Assembly (NCBI GenBank): GCA_964057225.1
Contig: OZ059899.1
Span: 20,088,001 to 20,152,000 of the forward strand
Direction: 5' to 3'
Origin: Auanema rhodensis
Lineage: Eukaryota > Animalia > Nematoda
DNA length: 64,000 bases
In this document: in pieces, positions 51,905 to 64,000 of the stretch
Numbering within the stretch: position 1 is the stretch's first letter
Layout of the letters: every line of letters begins with the position of its first letter
Position numbers and translations under genes: made by a program
Notes under the pieces: generated by a model
Seen by the model: only the letters and a program-made list of their open reading frames with translations
Database searches by the model: none
What the model was told of the DNA's origin: nothing

Positions 51905-54900
51905 CATGTCCATATTAGTCTAAAAACAAATTTTTATTGATATTGGTGCATGGTAACCATGACTTTGAAATTTACGTGAACTTTAATTTATGCTACATAA
52001 ATGTACACGTGGTGTGCACTCGGTATGTAACTCGCTTCACGTGAAAGATAAAGAGATGCGGTTTTCAAAATTAGATTCCCCATGTCCATATTAGTCTAAA
52101 AACAAATTTTTATTGATATTGGTGCATGGTAACCATGACTTTGAAATTTACGTGAACTTTAATTTATGCTAATTAAACGTACACGTGGTGTGCACTCGGT
52201 ATGTAACTCGCTTCACGTGAAAGATAAAGAGATGCGGTTTTTAAAATTAGATTCCCCATGTCCATATTAGTCTAAAAACAATTTTTTACTGATATTGGTG
52301 CATGGTAACCATGATTTTGAAATTTACGTGAACTTTAATTTATGCTAATTAAACGTACACGTGGTGTGCACTCGGTATGTAACTCGCTTCACGTGAAAGA
52401 TAAAAAGATGCGGTTTTCAAAATTAGATTCCCCATGTCCATATTAGTCTAAAAACAAATTTTTATTGATATTGGTGCATGGTAACCATGACTTTGAAATT
52501 TACGTGAACTTTAATTTATGCTAATTAAACGTACACGTGGTGTGCACTCGGTATGTAACTCGCTTCACGTGTAAGATAAAGATATGCGGTTTTCAAAATT
52601 AGATTCCCCATGTCCATATTAGTCTAAAAACAAATTTTTATTGATATTGGTGCATGGTAACCATGACTTTGAAATTTACGTGAACTTTAATTTATGCTAA
52701 TTAAACGTACACGTGGTGTGCACTCGGTATGTAACTCGCTTCACGTGAAAGATAAAGAGATGCGGTTTTCAAAATTAGATTCCCCATGTCCATATTAGTC
52801 TAAAAACAAATTTTTATTGATATTGGTGCATGGTAACCATGACTTTGAAATTTACGTGAACTTTAATTTATGCTAATTAAACGTACACGTGGTGTGCACT
52901 CGGTATGTAACTCGCTTCACGTGTAAGATAAAGAGATGCGGTTTTCAAAATTAGATTCCCCATGTCCATATTAGTCTAAAAACAAATTTTTATTGATATT
53001 GGTGCATGGTAACCATGACTTTGAAATTTACGTGAACTTTAATTTATGCTAATTAAACGTACACGTGGTGTGCACTCGGTATGTAACTCGCTTCACGTGT
53101 AAGATAAAGATATGCGGTTTTCAAAATTAGATTCCCCATGTCCATATTAGTCTAAAAACAAATTTTTATTGATATTGGTGCATGGTAACCATGACTTTGA
53201 AATTTACGTGAACTTTAATTTATGCTAATTAAACGTACACGTGGTGTGCACTCGGTATGTAACTCGCTTCACGTGAAAGATAAAGAGATGCGGTTTTCAA
53301 AATCAGATTCCCCATGTCCATATTAGTCTAAAAACACATTTTTTTTGATATTGGTGCATGGTAACCATGATTTTGAAAATTACGTGAACTTTAATTTATG
53401 CTAATTAAATGTACACGTGGTGTGCACTCGGTATGTAACTCGCTTCACGTGAAAGTAAAAGAGATGCGGTTTTCAAAATTAGATTCCCCATGTCCATATT
53501 AGTCTAAAAACAAATTTTTATTGATATTGGTGCATGGTAACCATGACTTTGAATTTTACGTGAACTTTAATTTATGCTAATTAAACTTACACGTGGTGTG
53601 CACTCGGTATGTAACTCGCTTCACGTGAAAGATAAAGAGATGCGGTTTTCAAAATTAGATTCCCCATGTCCATATTAGTCTAAAAACAAATTTTTATTGA
53701 TATTGGTGCATGGTAACCATGACTTTGAAATTTACGTGAACTTTCATTTATGCTACATAAATGTACACGTGATGTGCACTTGGTATATAACTCGCTTCAC
53801 GTGAAAGATAAAAAGATGCAGTTTTTAAAATTAGATTCCCCATGTCCATATTAGTCTAAAAACAATTTTTTACTGATATTGGTGCATGGTAACCATAACT
53901 TTGAAATTTACGTGAACTTTAATTTATGCTTATTAAACGTACACGTGGTGTGCACTCGGTATGTAACTCGCTTCACGTGAAAGATAAAGAGATGCAGTTA
54001 TCAAAATTAGATTCCCCATGTCCATATTAGTCTAAAAACAAATTTTTATTGATATTGGTGCATGGTAACCATGACTTTGAAATTTACGTGAACTTTAATT
54101 TATGCTACATAAATCTACACGTGATGTGCACTTGGTATGTAACTCGCTTCACGTGAAAGATAAAGAGATGCGGTTTTCAAAATTAGATTCCCCATGTCCA
54201 TATTAGTCTAAAAACAAATTTTTATTGATATTGGTGCATGGTAACCATGACTTTGAAATTTACGTGAACTTTAATTTATGCTACATAAATCTACACGTGA
54301 TGTGCACTTGGTATGTAACTCGCTTCACGTGAAAGATAAAAAGATGCGGTTTTTAAAATTAGATTCCCCATGTCCATATTAGTCTAAAAACAATTTTTTA
54401 CTGATATTGGTGCATGGTAACCATGACTTTGAAATTTGCGTGAACTTTAATTTATGCTAATTAAACGTACACGTGGTGTGCACTCGGTATGTAACTCGCT
54501 TCACGTGTAAGATAAAGAGATGCGGTTTTCAAAATTAGATTCCCCATGTCCATATTAGTCTAAAAACAAATTTTTATTGATATTGGTGCATGGTAACCAT
54601 GACTTTGAATTTTACGTGAACTTTAATTTATGCTAATTAAACGTACACGTGGTGTGCACTCGGTATGTAACTCGCTTCACGTGTAAGATAAAGAGATGCG
54701 GTTTTCAAATTTAGATTCCCCATGTCCATATTAGTCTAAAAACAAATTTTTATTGATATTGGTGCATGGTAACCATGACTTTGAAATTTACGTGAACTTT
54801 AATTTATGCTAATTAAACGTACACGTGGTGTGCACTCGGTATGTAACTCGCTTCACGTGTAAGATAAAGAGATGCGGTTTTCAAAATTAGATTCCCCATG

Positions 54901-57900
54901 TCCATATTAGTCTAAAAACAAATTTTTATTGATATTGGTGCATGGTAACCATGACTTTGAAATTTACGTGAACTTTAATTTATGCTAATTAAACGTACAC
55001 GTGGTGTGCACTCGGTATGTAACTCGCTTCACGTGTAAGATAAAGAGATGCAGTCATCAAAATTAGATTCCCCATGTCCATATTAGTCTAAAAACAATTT
55101 TTTACTGATATTGGTGCATGGTAACCATGATTTTGAAATTTACGTGAACTTTAATTTATGCTAATTAAACGTACACGTGATGTGCACTTGGTATGTAACT
55201 CGCTTCACGTGAAATATAAAGAGATGCGGTTTTTAAAATTAGATTCCCCATGTCCATATTAGTCTAAAAACAATTTTTTACTGATATTGGTGCATGGTAA
55301 CCATGATTTTGAAATTTACGTGAACTTTAATTTATGCTAATTAAACGTACACGTGGTGTGCACTCGGTATGTAACTCGCTTCACGTGAAAGATAAAGAGA
55401 TGCGGTTTTCAAAATTAGATTTCCCATGTCCATATTAGTCTAAAAACAAATTTTTATTGATATTGGTGCATGGTAACCATGACTTTGAAATTTACGTGAA
55501 CTTTAATTTATGCTAATTAAACGTACACGTGGTGTGCACTCGGTATGTAACTCGCTTCACGTGAAAGATAAAGAGATGCGGTTTTCAAAATTAGATTCCC
55601 CATGTCCATATTAGTCTAAAAACAAATTTTTATTGATATTGGTGCATGGTAACCATGACTTTGAAATTTACGTGAACTTTAATTTATGCTAATTAAACGT
55701 ACACGTGGTGTGCACTCGGTATGTAACTCGCTTCACGTGTAAGATAAAGAGATGCGGTTTTCAAAATTAGATTCCCCATGTCCATATTAGTCTAAAAACA
55801 AATTTTTATTGATATTGGTGCATGGTAACCATGACTTTGAAATTTACGTGAACTTTAATTTATGCTAATTAAACGTACACGTGGTGTGCACTCGGTATGT
55901 AACTCGCTTCACGTGTAAGATAAAGATATGCGGTTTTCAAAATTAGATTTCCCATGTCCATATTAGTCTAAAAACAAATTTTTATTGATATTGGTGCATG
56001 GTAACCATGACTTTGAAATTTACGTGAACTTTAATTTATGCTACATAAATGTACACGTGGTGTGCACTCGGTATGTAACTCGCTTCACGTGAAAGATAAA
56101 GAGATGCGGTTTTCAAAATTAGATTCCCCATGTCCATATTAGTCTAAAAACAAATTTTTATTGATATTGGTGCATGGTAACCATGACTTTGAAATTTACG
56201 TGAACTTTAATTTATGCTAATTAAACGTACACGTGGTGTGCACTCGGTATGTAACTCGCTTCACGTGAAAGATAAAGAGATGCGGTTTTTAAAATTAGAT
56301 TCCCCATGTCCATATTAGTCTAAAAACAATTTTTTACTGATATTGGTGCATGGTAACCATGATTTTGAAATTTACGTGAACTTTAATTTATGCTAATTAA
56401 ACGTACACGTGGTGTGCACTCGGTATGTAACTCGCTTCACGTGAAAGATAAAAAGATGCGGTTTTCAAAATTAGATTCCCCATGTCCATATTAGTCTAAA
56501 AACAAATTTTTATTGATATTGGTGCATGGTAACCATGACTTTGAAATTTACGTGAACTTTAATTTATGCTAATTAAACGTACACGTGGTGTGCACTCGGT
56601 ATGTAACTCGCTTCACGTGTAAGATAAAGATATGCGGTTTTCAAAATTAGATTCCCCATGTCCATATTAGTCTAAAAACAAATTTTTATTGATATTGGTG
56701 CATGGTAACCATGACTTTGAAATTTACGTGAACTTTAATTTATGCTAATTAAACGTACACGTGGTGTGCACTCGGTATGTAACTCGCTTCACGTGAAAGA
56801 TAAAGAGATGCGGTTTTCAAAATTAGATTCCCCATGTCCATATTAGTCTAAAAACAAATTTTTATTGATATTGGTGCATGGTAACCATGACTTTGAAATT
56901 TACGTGAACTTTAATTTATGCTAATTAAACGTACACGTGGTGTGCACTCGGTATGTAACTCGCTTCACGTGTAAGATAAAGAGATGCGGTTTTCAAAATT
57001 AGATTCCCCATGTCCATATTAGTCTAAAAACAAATTTTTATTGATATTGGTGCATGGTAACCATGACTTTGAAATTTACGTGAACTTTAATTTATGCTAA
57101 TTAAACGTACACGTGGTGTGCACTCGGTATGTAACTCGCTTCACGTGTAAGATAAAGATATGCGGTTTTCAAAATTAGATTCCCCATGACCATATTAGTC
57201 TAAAAACAAATTTTTATTGATATTGGTGCATGGTAACCATGACTTTGAAATTTACGTGAACTTTAATTTATGCTAATTAAACGTACACGTGGTGTGCACT
57301 CGGTATGTAACTCGCTTCACGTGAAAGATAAAGAGATGCGGTTTTCAAAATCAGATTCCCCATGTCCATATTAGTCTAAAAACACATTTTCTTTGATATT
57401 GGTGCATGGTAACCATGATTTTGAAAATTACGTGAACTTTAATTTATGCTAATTAAATGTACACGTGGTGTGCACTCGGTATGTAACTCGCTTCACGTGA
57501 AAGTAAAAGAGATGCGGTTTTCAAAATTAGATTCCCCATGTCCATATTAGTCTAAAAACAAATTTTTATTGATATTGGTGCATGGTAACCATGACTTTGA
57601 ATTTTACGTGAACTTTAATTTATGCTAATTAAACTTACACGTGGTGTGCACTCGGTATGTAACTCGCTTCACGTGAAAGATAAAGAGATGCGGTTTTCAA
57701 AATTAGATTCCCCATGTCCATATTAGTCTAAAAACAAATTTTTATTGATATTGGTGCATGGTAACCATGACTTTGAAATTTACGTGAACTTTCATTTATG
57801 CTACATAAATGTACACGTGATGTGCACTTGGTATATAACTCGCTTCACGTGAAAGATAAAAAGATGCAGTTTTTAAAATTAGATTCCCCATGTCCATATT

Positions 57901-59678
57901 AGTCTAAAAACAATTTTTTACTGATATTGGTGCATGGTAACCATAACTTTGAAATTTACGTGAACTTTAATTTATGCTTATTAAACGTACACGTGGTGTG
58001 CACTCGGTATGTAACTCGCTTCACGTGAAAGATAAAGAGATGCAGTTATCAAAATTAGATTCCCCATGTCCATATTAGTCTAAAAACAAATTTTTATTGA
58101 TATTGGTGCATGGTAACCATGACTTTGAAATTTACGTGAACTTTAATTTATGCTACATAAATCTACACGTGATGTGCACTTGGTATGTAACTCGCTTCAC
58201 GTGAAAGATAAAGAGATGCGGTTTTCAAAATTAGATTCCCCATGTCCATATTAGTCTAAAAACAAATTTTTATTGATATTGGTGCATGGTAACCATGACT
58301 TTGAAATTTACGTGAACTTCAATTTATGCTACATAAATCTACACGTGATGTGCACTTGGTATGTAACTCGCTTCACGTGAAAGATAAAAAGATGCGGTTT
58401 TTAAAATTAGATTCCCCATGTCCATATTAGTCTAAAAACAATTTTTTACTGATATTGGTGCATGGTAACCATGACTTTGAAATTTGCGTGAACTTTAATT
58501 TATGCTAATTAAACGTACACGTGGTGTGCACTCGGTATGTAACTCGCTTCACGTGTAAGATAAAGAGATGCGGTTTTCAAAATTAGATTCCCCATGTCCA
58601 TATTAGTCTAAAAACAAATTTTTATTGATATTGGTGCATGGTAACCATGACTTTGAATTTTACGTGAACTTTAATTTATGCTAATTAAACGTACACGTGG
58701 TGTGCACTCGGTATGTAACTCGCTTCACGTGTAAGATAAAGAGATGCGGTTTTCAAATTTAGATTCCCCATGTCCATATTAGTCTAAAAACAAATTTTTA
58801 TTGATATTGGTGCATGGTAACCATGACTTTGAAATTTACGTGAACTTTAATTTATGCTAATTAAACGTACACGTGGTGTGCACTCGGTATGTAACTCGCT
58901 TCACGTGTAAGATAAAGAGATGCGGTTTTCAAAATTAGATTCCCCATGTCCATATTAGTCTAAAAACAAATTTTTATTGATATTGGTGCATGGTAACCAT
59001 GACTTTGAAATTTACGTGAACTTTAATTTATGCTAATTAAACGTACACGTGGTGTGCACTCGGTATGTAACTCGCTTCACGTGTAAGATAAAGAGATGCA
59101 GTCATCAAAATTAGATTCCCCATGTCCATATTAGTCTAAAAACAATTTTTTACTGATATTGGTGCATGGTAACCATGATTTTGAAATTTACGTGAACTTT
59201 AATTTATGCTAATTAAACGTACACGTGATGTGCACTTGGTATGTAACTCGCTTCACGTGAAATATAAAGAGATGCGGTTTTTAAAATTAGATTCCCCATG
59301 TCCATATTAGTCTAAAAACAATTTTTTACTGATATTGGTGCATGGTAACCATGATTTTGAAATTTACGTGAACTTTAATTTATGCTAATTAAACGTACAC
59401 GTGGTGTGCACTCGGTATGTAACTCGCTTCACGTGAAAGATAAAGAGATGCGGTTTTCAAAATTAGATTTCCCATGTCCATATTAGTCTAAAAACAAATT
59501 TTTATTGATATTGGTGCATGGTAACCATGACTTTGAAATTTACGTGAACTTTAATTTATGCTAATTAAACGTACACGTGGTGTGCACTCGGTATGTAACT
59601 CGCTTCACGTGAAAGATAAAGAGATGCGGTTTTCAAAATTAGATTCCCCATGTCCATATTAGTCTAAAAACAAATTTT
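51905..59678. repeat. Near-tandem duplication of about 21 monomers, offset 4048 bp (23 monomers): about 51905-55630 vs about 55953-59678
   Basis: Rare SNPs at 53304/57352, 53587/57635, 53745/57793, 54438/58486, 54710/58758 and 55422/59470 are all offset by 4048 bp. Confidence 0.92.
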
Positions 59679-60519
59679 TTTTGATATTGGTGCATGGTAA
59701 CCATGATTTTGAAAATTACGTGAACTTTAATTTATGCTAATTAAATGTACACGTGGTGTGCACTCGGTATGTAACTCGCTTCACGTGAAAGTAAAAGAGA
59801 TGCGGTTTTCAAAATTAGATTCCCCATGTCCATATTAGTCTAAAAACAAATTTTTATTGATATTGGTGCATGGTAACCATGACTTTGAATTTTACGTGAA
59901 CTTTAATTTATGCTAATTAAACGTACACGTGGTGTGCACTCGGTATGTAACTCGCTTCACGTGAAAGATAAAGAGATGCGGTTTTCAAAATTAGATTCCC
60001 CATGTCCATATTAGTCTAAAAACAAATTTTTATTGATATTGGTGCATGGTAACCATGACTTTGAAATTTACGTGAACTTTAATTTAAGCTACATAAATGT
60101 ACACGTGATGTGCACTTGGTATGTAACTCGCTTCACGTGAAAGATAAAAAGATGCAGTTTTTAAAATTAGATTCCCCATGTCCATATTAGTCTAAAAACA
60201 ATTTTTTACTGATATTGGTGCATGGTAACCATAACTTTGAAATTTACGTGAACTTTAATTTATGCTTATTAAACGTACACGTGGTGTGCACTCGGTATGT
60301 AACTCGCTTCACGTGAAAGATAAAGAGATGCAGTTATCAAAATTAGATTCCCCATGTCCATATTAGTCTAAAAACAAATTTTTATTGATATTGGTGCATG
60401 GTAACCATGACTTTGAAATTTACGTGAACTTCAATTTATGCTAATTAAATGTACACGTGGTGTGCACTCGGTATGTAACTCGCTTCACGTGAAAGATAAA
60501 GAGATGCAGTTATCAAAAT

Positions 60520-63500
60520 TAGATTCCCCATGTCCATATTAGTCTAAAAACAAATTTTTATTGATATTGGTGCATGGTAACCATGACTTTGAAATTTACG
60601 TGAACTTTAATTTATGCTAATTAAACGTACACGTGTTGTGCACTCGGTATGTAACTCGCTTCACGTGGAAGATAAAGAGATGCGGTTTTCAAAATTAGAT
60701 TCCCCATGTCCATATTAGTCTAAAAACAATTTTTTACTGATATTGGTGCATGGTAACCATGATTTTGAAATTTACGTGAACTTTAATTTATGCTAATTAA
60801 ACGTACACGTGATGTGCACTTGGTTTGTAACTCGCTTCACGTGAAAGATAAAGAGATGCGGTTTTTAAAATTAGATTCCCCATGTCCATATTAGTCTAAA
60901 AACAATTTTTTACTGATATTGGTGCATGGTAACCATGATTTTGAAATTTACGTGAACTTTAATTTATGCTAATTAAACGTACACGTGGTGTGCACTCGGT
61001 ATGTAACTCGCTTCACGTGAAAGATAAAGAGATGCGGTTTTTAAAATTAGATTCCCCATGTCCATATTAGTCTAAAAACAATTTTTTACTGATATTGGTG
61101 CATGGTAACCATGATTTTGAAATTTACGTGAACTTTAATTTATGCTAATTAAACGTACACGTGGTGTGCACTCGGTATGTAACTCGCTTCACGTGAAAGA
61201 TAAAAAGATGCGGTTTTCAAAATTAGATTCCCCATGTCCATATTAGTCTAAAAACAAATTTTTATTGATATTGGTGCATGGTAACCATGACTTTGAAATT
61301 TACGTGAACTTTAATTTATGCTAATTAAACGTACACGTGGTGTGCACTCGGTATGTAACTCGCTTCACGTGTAAGATAAAGAGATGCGGTTTTCAAAATT
61401 AGATTCCCCATGTCCATATTAGTCTAAAAACAAATTTTTATTGATATTGGTGCATGGTAACCATGACTTTGAAATTTACGTGAACTTTAATTTATGCTAA
61501 TTAAACGTACACGTGGTGTGCACTCGGTATGTAACTCGCTTCACGTGTAAGATAAAGAGATGCAGTCATCAAAATTAGATTCCCCATGTCCATATTAGTC
61601 TAAAAACAATTTTTTACTGATATTGGTGCATGGTAACCATGATTTTGAAATTTACGTGAACTTTAATTTATGCTAATTAAACGTACACGTGGTGTGCACT
61701 CGGTATGTAACTCGCTTCACGTGTAAGATAAAGAGATGCAGTCATCAAAATTAGATTCCCCATGTCCATATTAGTCTAAAAACAAATTTTTATTGATATT
61801 GGTGCATGGTAACCATGACTTTGAAATTTACGTGAACTTTAATTTATGCTAATTAAACGTACACGTGTTGTGCACTCGGTATGTAACTCGCTTCACGTGG
61901 AAGATAAAGAGATGCGGTTTTCAAAATTAGATTCCCCATGTCCATATTAGTCTAAAAACAATTTTTTACTGATATTGGTGCATGGTAACCATGATTTTGA
62001 AATTTACGTGAACTTTAATTTATGCTAATTAAACGTACACGTGATGTGCACTTGGTTTGTAACTCGCTTCACGTGAAAGATAAAGAGATGCGGTTTTTAA
62101 AATTAGATTCCCCATGTCCATATTAGTCTAAAAACAATTTTTTACTGATATTGGTGCATGGTAACCATGATTTTGAAATTTACGTGAACTTTAATTTATG
62201 CTAATTAAACGTACACGTGGTGTGCACTCGGTATGTAACTCGCTTCACGTGAAAGATAAAGAGATGCGGTTTTTAAAATTAGATTCCCCATGTCCATATT
62301 AGTCTAAAAACAATTTTTTACTGATATTGGTGCATGGTAACCATGATTTTGAAATTTACGTGAACTTTAATTTATGCTAATTAAACGTACACGTGGTGTG
62401 CACTCGGTATGTAACTCGCTTCACGTGAAAGATAAAAAGATGCGGTTTTCAAAATTAGATTCCCCATGTCCATATTAGTCTAAAAACAAATTTTTATTGA
62501 TATTGGTGCATGGTAACCATGACTTTGAAATTTACGTGAACTTTAATTTATGCTAATTAAACGTACACGTGGTGTGCACTCGGTATGTAACTTGCTTCAC
62601 GTGTAAGATAAAGAGATGCGGTTTTCAAAATTAGATTCCCCATGTCCATATTAGTCTAAAAACAAATTTTTATTGATATTGGTGCATGGTAACCATGACT
62701 TTGAAATTTACGTGAACTTTAATTTATGCTAATTAAACGTACACGTGGTGTGCACTCGGTATGTAACTCGCTTCACGTGTAAGATAAAGAGATGCAGTCA
62801 TCAAAATTAGATTCCCCATGTCCATATTAGTCTAAAAACAATTTTTTACTGATATTGGTGCATGGTAACCATGATTTTGAAATTTACGTGAACTTTAATT
62901 TATGCTAATTAAACGTACACGTGGTGTGCACTCGGTATGTAACTCGCTTCACGTGTAAGATAAAGAGATGCAGTCATCAAAATTAGATTCCCCATGTCCA
63001 TATTAGTCTAAAAACAAATTTTTATTGATATTGGTGCATGGTAACCATGACTTTGAAATTTACGTGAACTTTAATTTATGCTAATTAAACGTACACGTGT
63101 TGTGCACTCGGTATGTAACTCGCTTCACGTGGAAGATAAAGAGATGCGGTTATCAAAATTAGATTCCCCATGTCCATATTAGTCTAAAAACAATTTTTTA
63201 CTGATATTGGTGCATGGTAACCATGATTTTGAAATTTACGTGAACTTTAATTTATGCTAATTAAACGTACACGTGATGTGCACTTGGTTTGTAACTCGCT
63301 TCACGTGAAAGATAAAGAGATGCGGTTTTTAAAATTAGATTCCCCATGTCCATATTAGTCTAAAAACAATTTTTTACTGATATTGGTGCATGGTAACCAT
63401 GATTTTGAAATTTACGTGAACTTTAATTTATGCTAATTAAACGTACACGTGGTGTGCACTCGGTATGTAACTCGCTTCACGTGAAAGATAAAGAGATGCG

Positions 63501-63855
63501 GTTTTTAAAATTAGATTCCCCATGTCCATATTAGTCTAAAAACAATTTTTTACTGATATTGGTGCATGGTAACCATGATTTTGAAATTTACGTGAACTTT
63601 AATTTATGCTAATTAAACGTACACGTGGTGTGCACTCGGTATGTAACTCGCTTCACGTGAAAGATAAAAAGATGCGGTTTTCAAAATTAGATTCCCCATG
63701 TCCATATTAGTCTAAAAACAAATTTTTATTGATATTGGTGCATGGTAACCATGACTTTGAAATTTACGTGAACTTTAATTTATGCTAATTAAACGTACAC
63801 GTGGTGTGCACTCGGTATGTAACTCGCTTCACGTGTAAGATAAAGAGATGCGGTT
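60520..63855. repeat. 7-mer (1232-bp) higher-order repeat, about 2.7 tandem copies
   Basis: gtgTtgtg at 60636/61868/63100; tggtTtg at 60825/62057/63289; cagtCatc at 61567/62799 and 61743/62975. Confidence 0.9.
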
Positions 63856-64000
63856 TTTAAAATTAGATTCCCCATGTCCATATTAGTCTAAAAACAATTT
63901 TTTACTGATATTGGTGCATGGTAACCATGATTTTGAAATTTACGTGAACTTTAATTTATGCTAATTAAACGTACACGTGGTGTGCACTCGGTATGTAACT

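Larger units (their letters stand above)
6965..64000. repeat. Satellite B: tandem array of 176-bp monomers (324 complete copies, extends beyond window end); candidate centromeric/pericentromeric satellite
   Basis: taactcgcttcacgtg recurs at 6965, 7141, 7317 ... 63996. Phase arithmetic shows only three monomers with net length change: 178 bp at 7669, 180 bp at 9431, 177 bp at 27915. The consensus has 60/176 G+C. The array is certain; the centromeric role is inferred only from nucleosome-sized monomer length and homogeneity. Confidence 0.99.

Noticed and set aside
1-64000. CRISPR array
   Set aside because: No unique spacers between repeats, units far too long, and no cas genes.
1-64000. Tandem RNA gene array (5S rRNA, tRNA, snRNA, SL RNA) or telomeric repeats
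   Set aside because: No recognisable 5S, tRNA or snRNA sequence, no convincing Pol III A/B/C boxes, and no short G-rich telomere units. An Rfam cmscan would be the formal test.
6965-64000. Transposon insertions or strand inversions within satellite B
   Set aside because: Monomer phase is accounted for to the base across the array (only +2, +4 and +1 shifts) and orientation is constant.
1-64000. Assignment to a named satellite family or species (alpha satellite, CEN178/180, Brassica CentBr, Drosophila 359-bp)
   Set aside because: Monomer lengths are similar to these families, but I do not recognise sequence identity with any of them. A BLAST/Dfam search is needed.

Overview
The whole 64 kb window is non-coding tandem satellite DNA, most likely eukaryotic (peri)centromeric heterochromatin. 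The organism cannot be identified from the sequence. Two different satellites abut with no spacer. Satellite A has a 351-bp monomer and runs from 1 to about 6965 (about 19.8 copies, open at the window start), with two interleaved subtypes. Satellite B has a 176-bp monomer of about 34% GC and runs from 6965 to 64000 (324 complete monomers plus 5 bp, open at the window end). Only 3 B monomers show a net length change. All monomers are head-to-tail in one orientation, and I saw no TE insertion, inversion, gene or RNA gene. The 19 listed 63-aa ORFs are one chance frame repeated by satellite A. The interesting signal is structural: a clean A|B junction that opens into an interior-type block of B, colinear motifs shared by A and B, a common 27-bp dyad layout, three phased and conserved ACGTG/E-box cores per B monomer next to mutable CpGs, many dyad symmetries, and layered higher-order duplications (offsets of 2, 3, 4, 7, 12, 16 and 23 monomers in B, 8 in A). 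I found no evidence of a novel protein-coding system.
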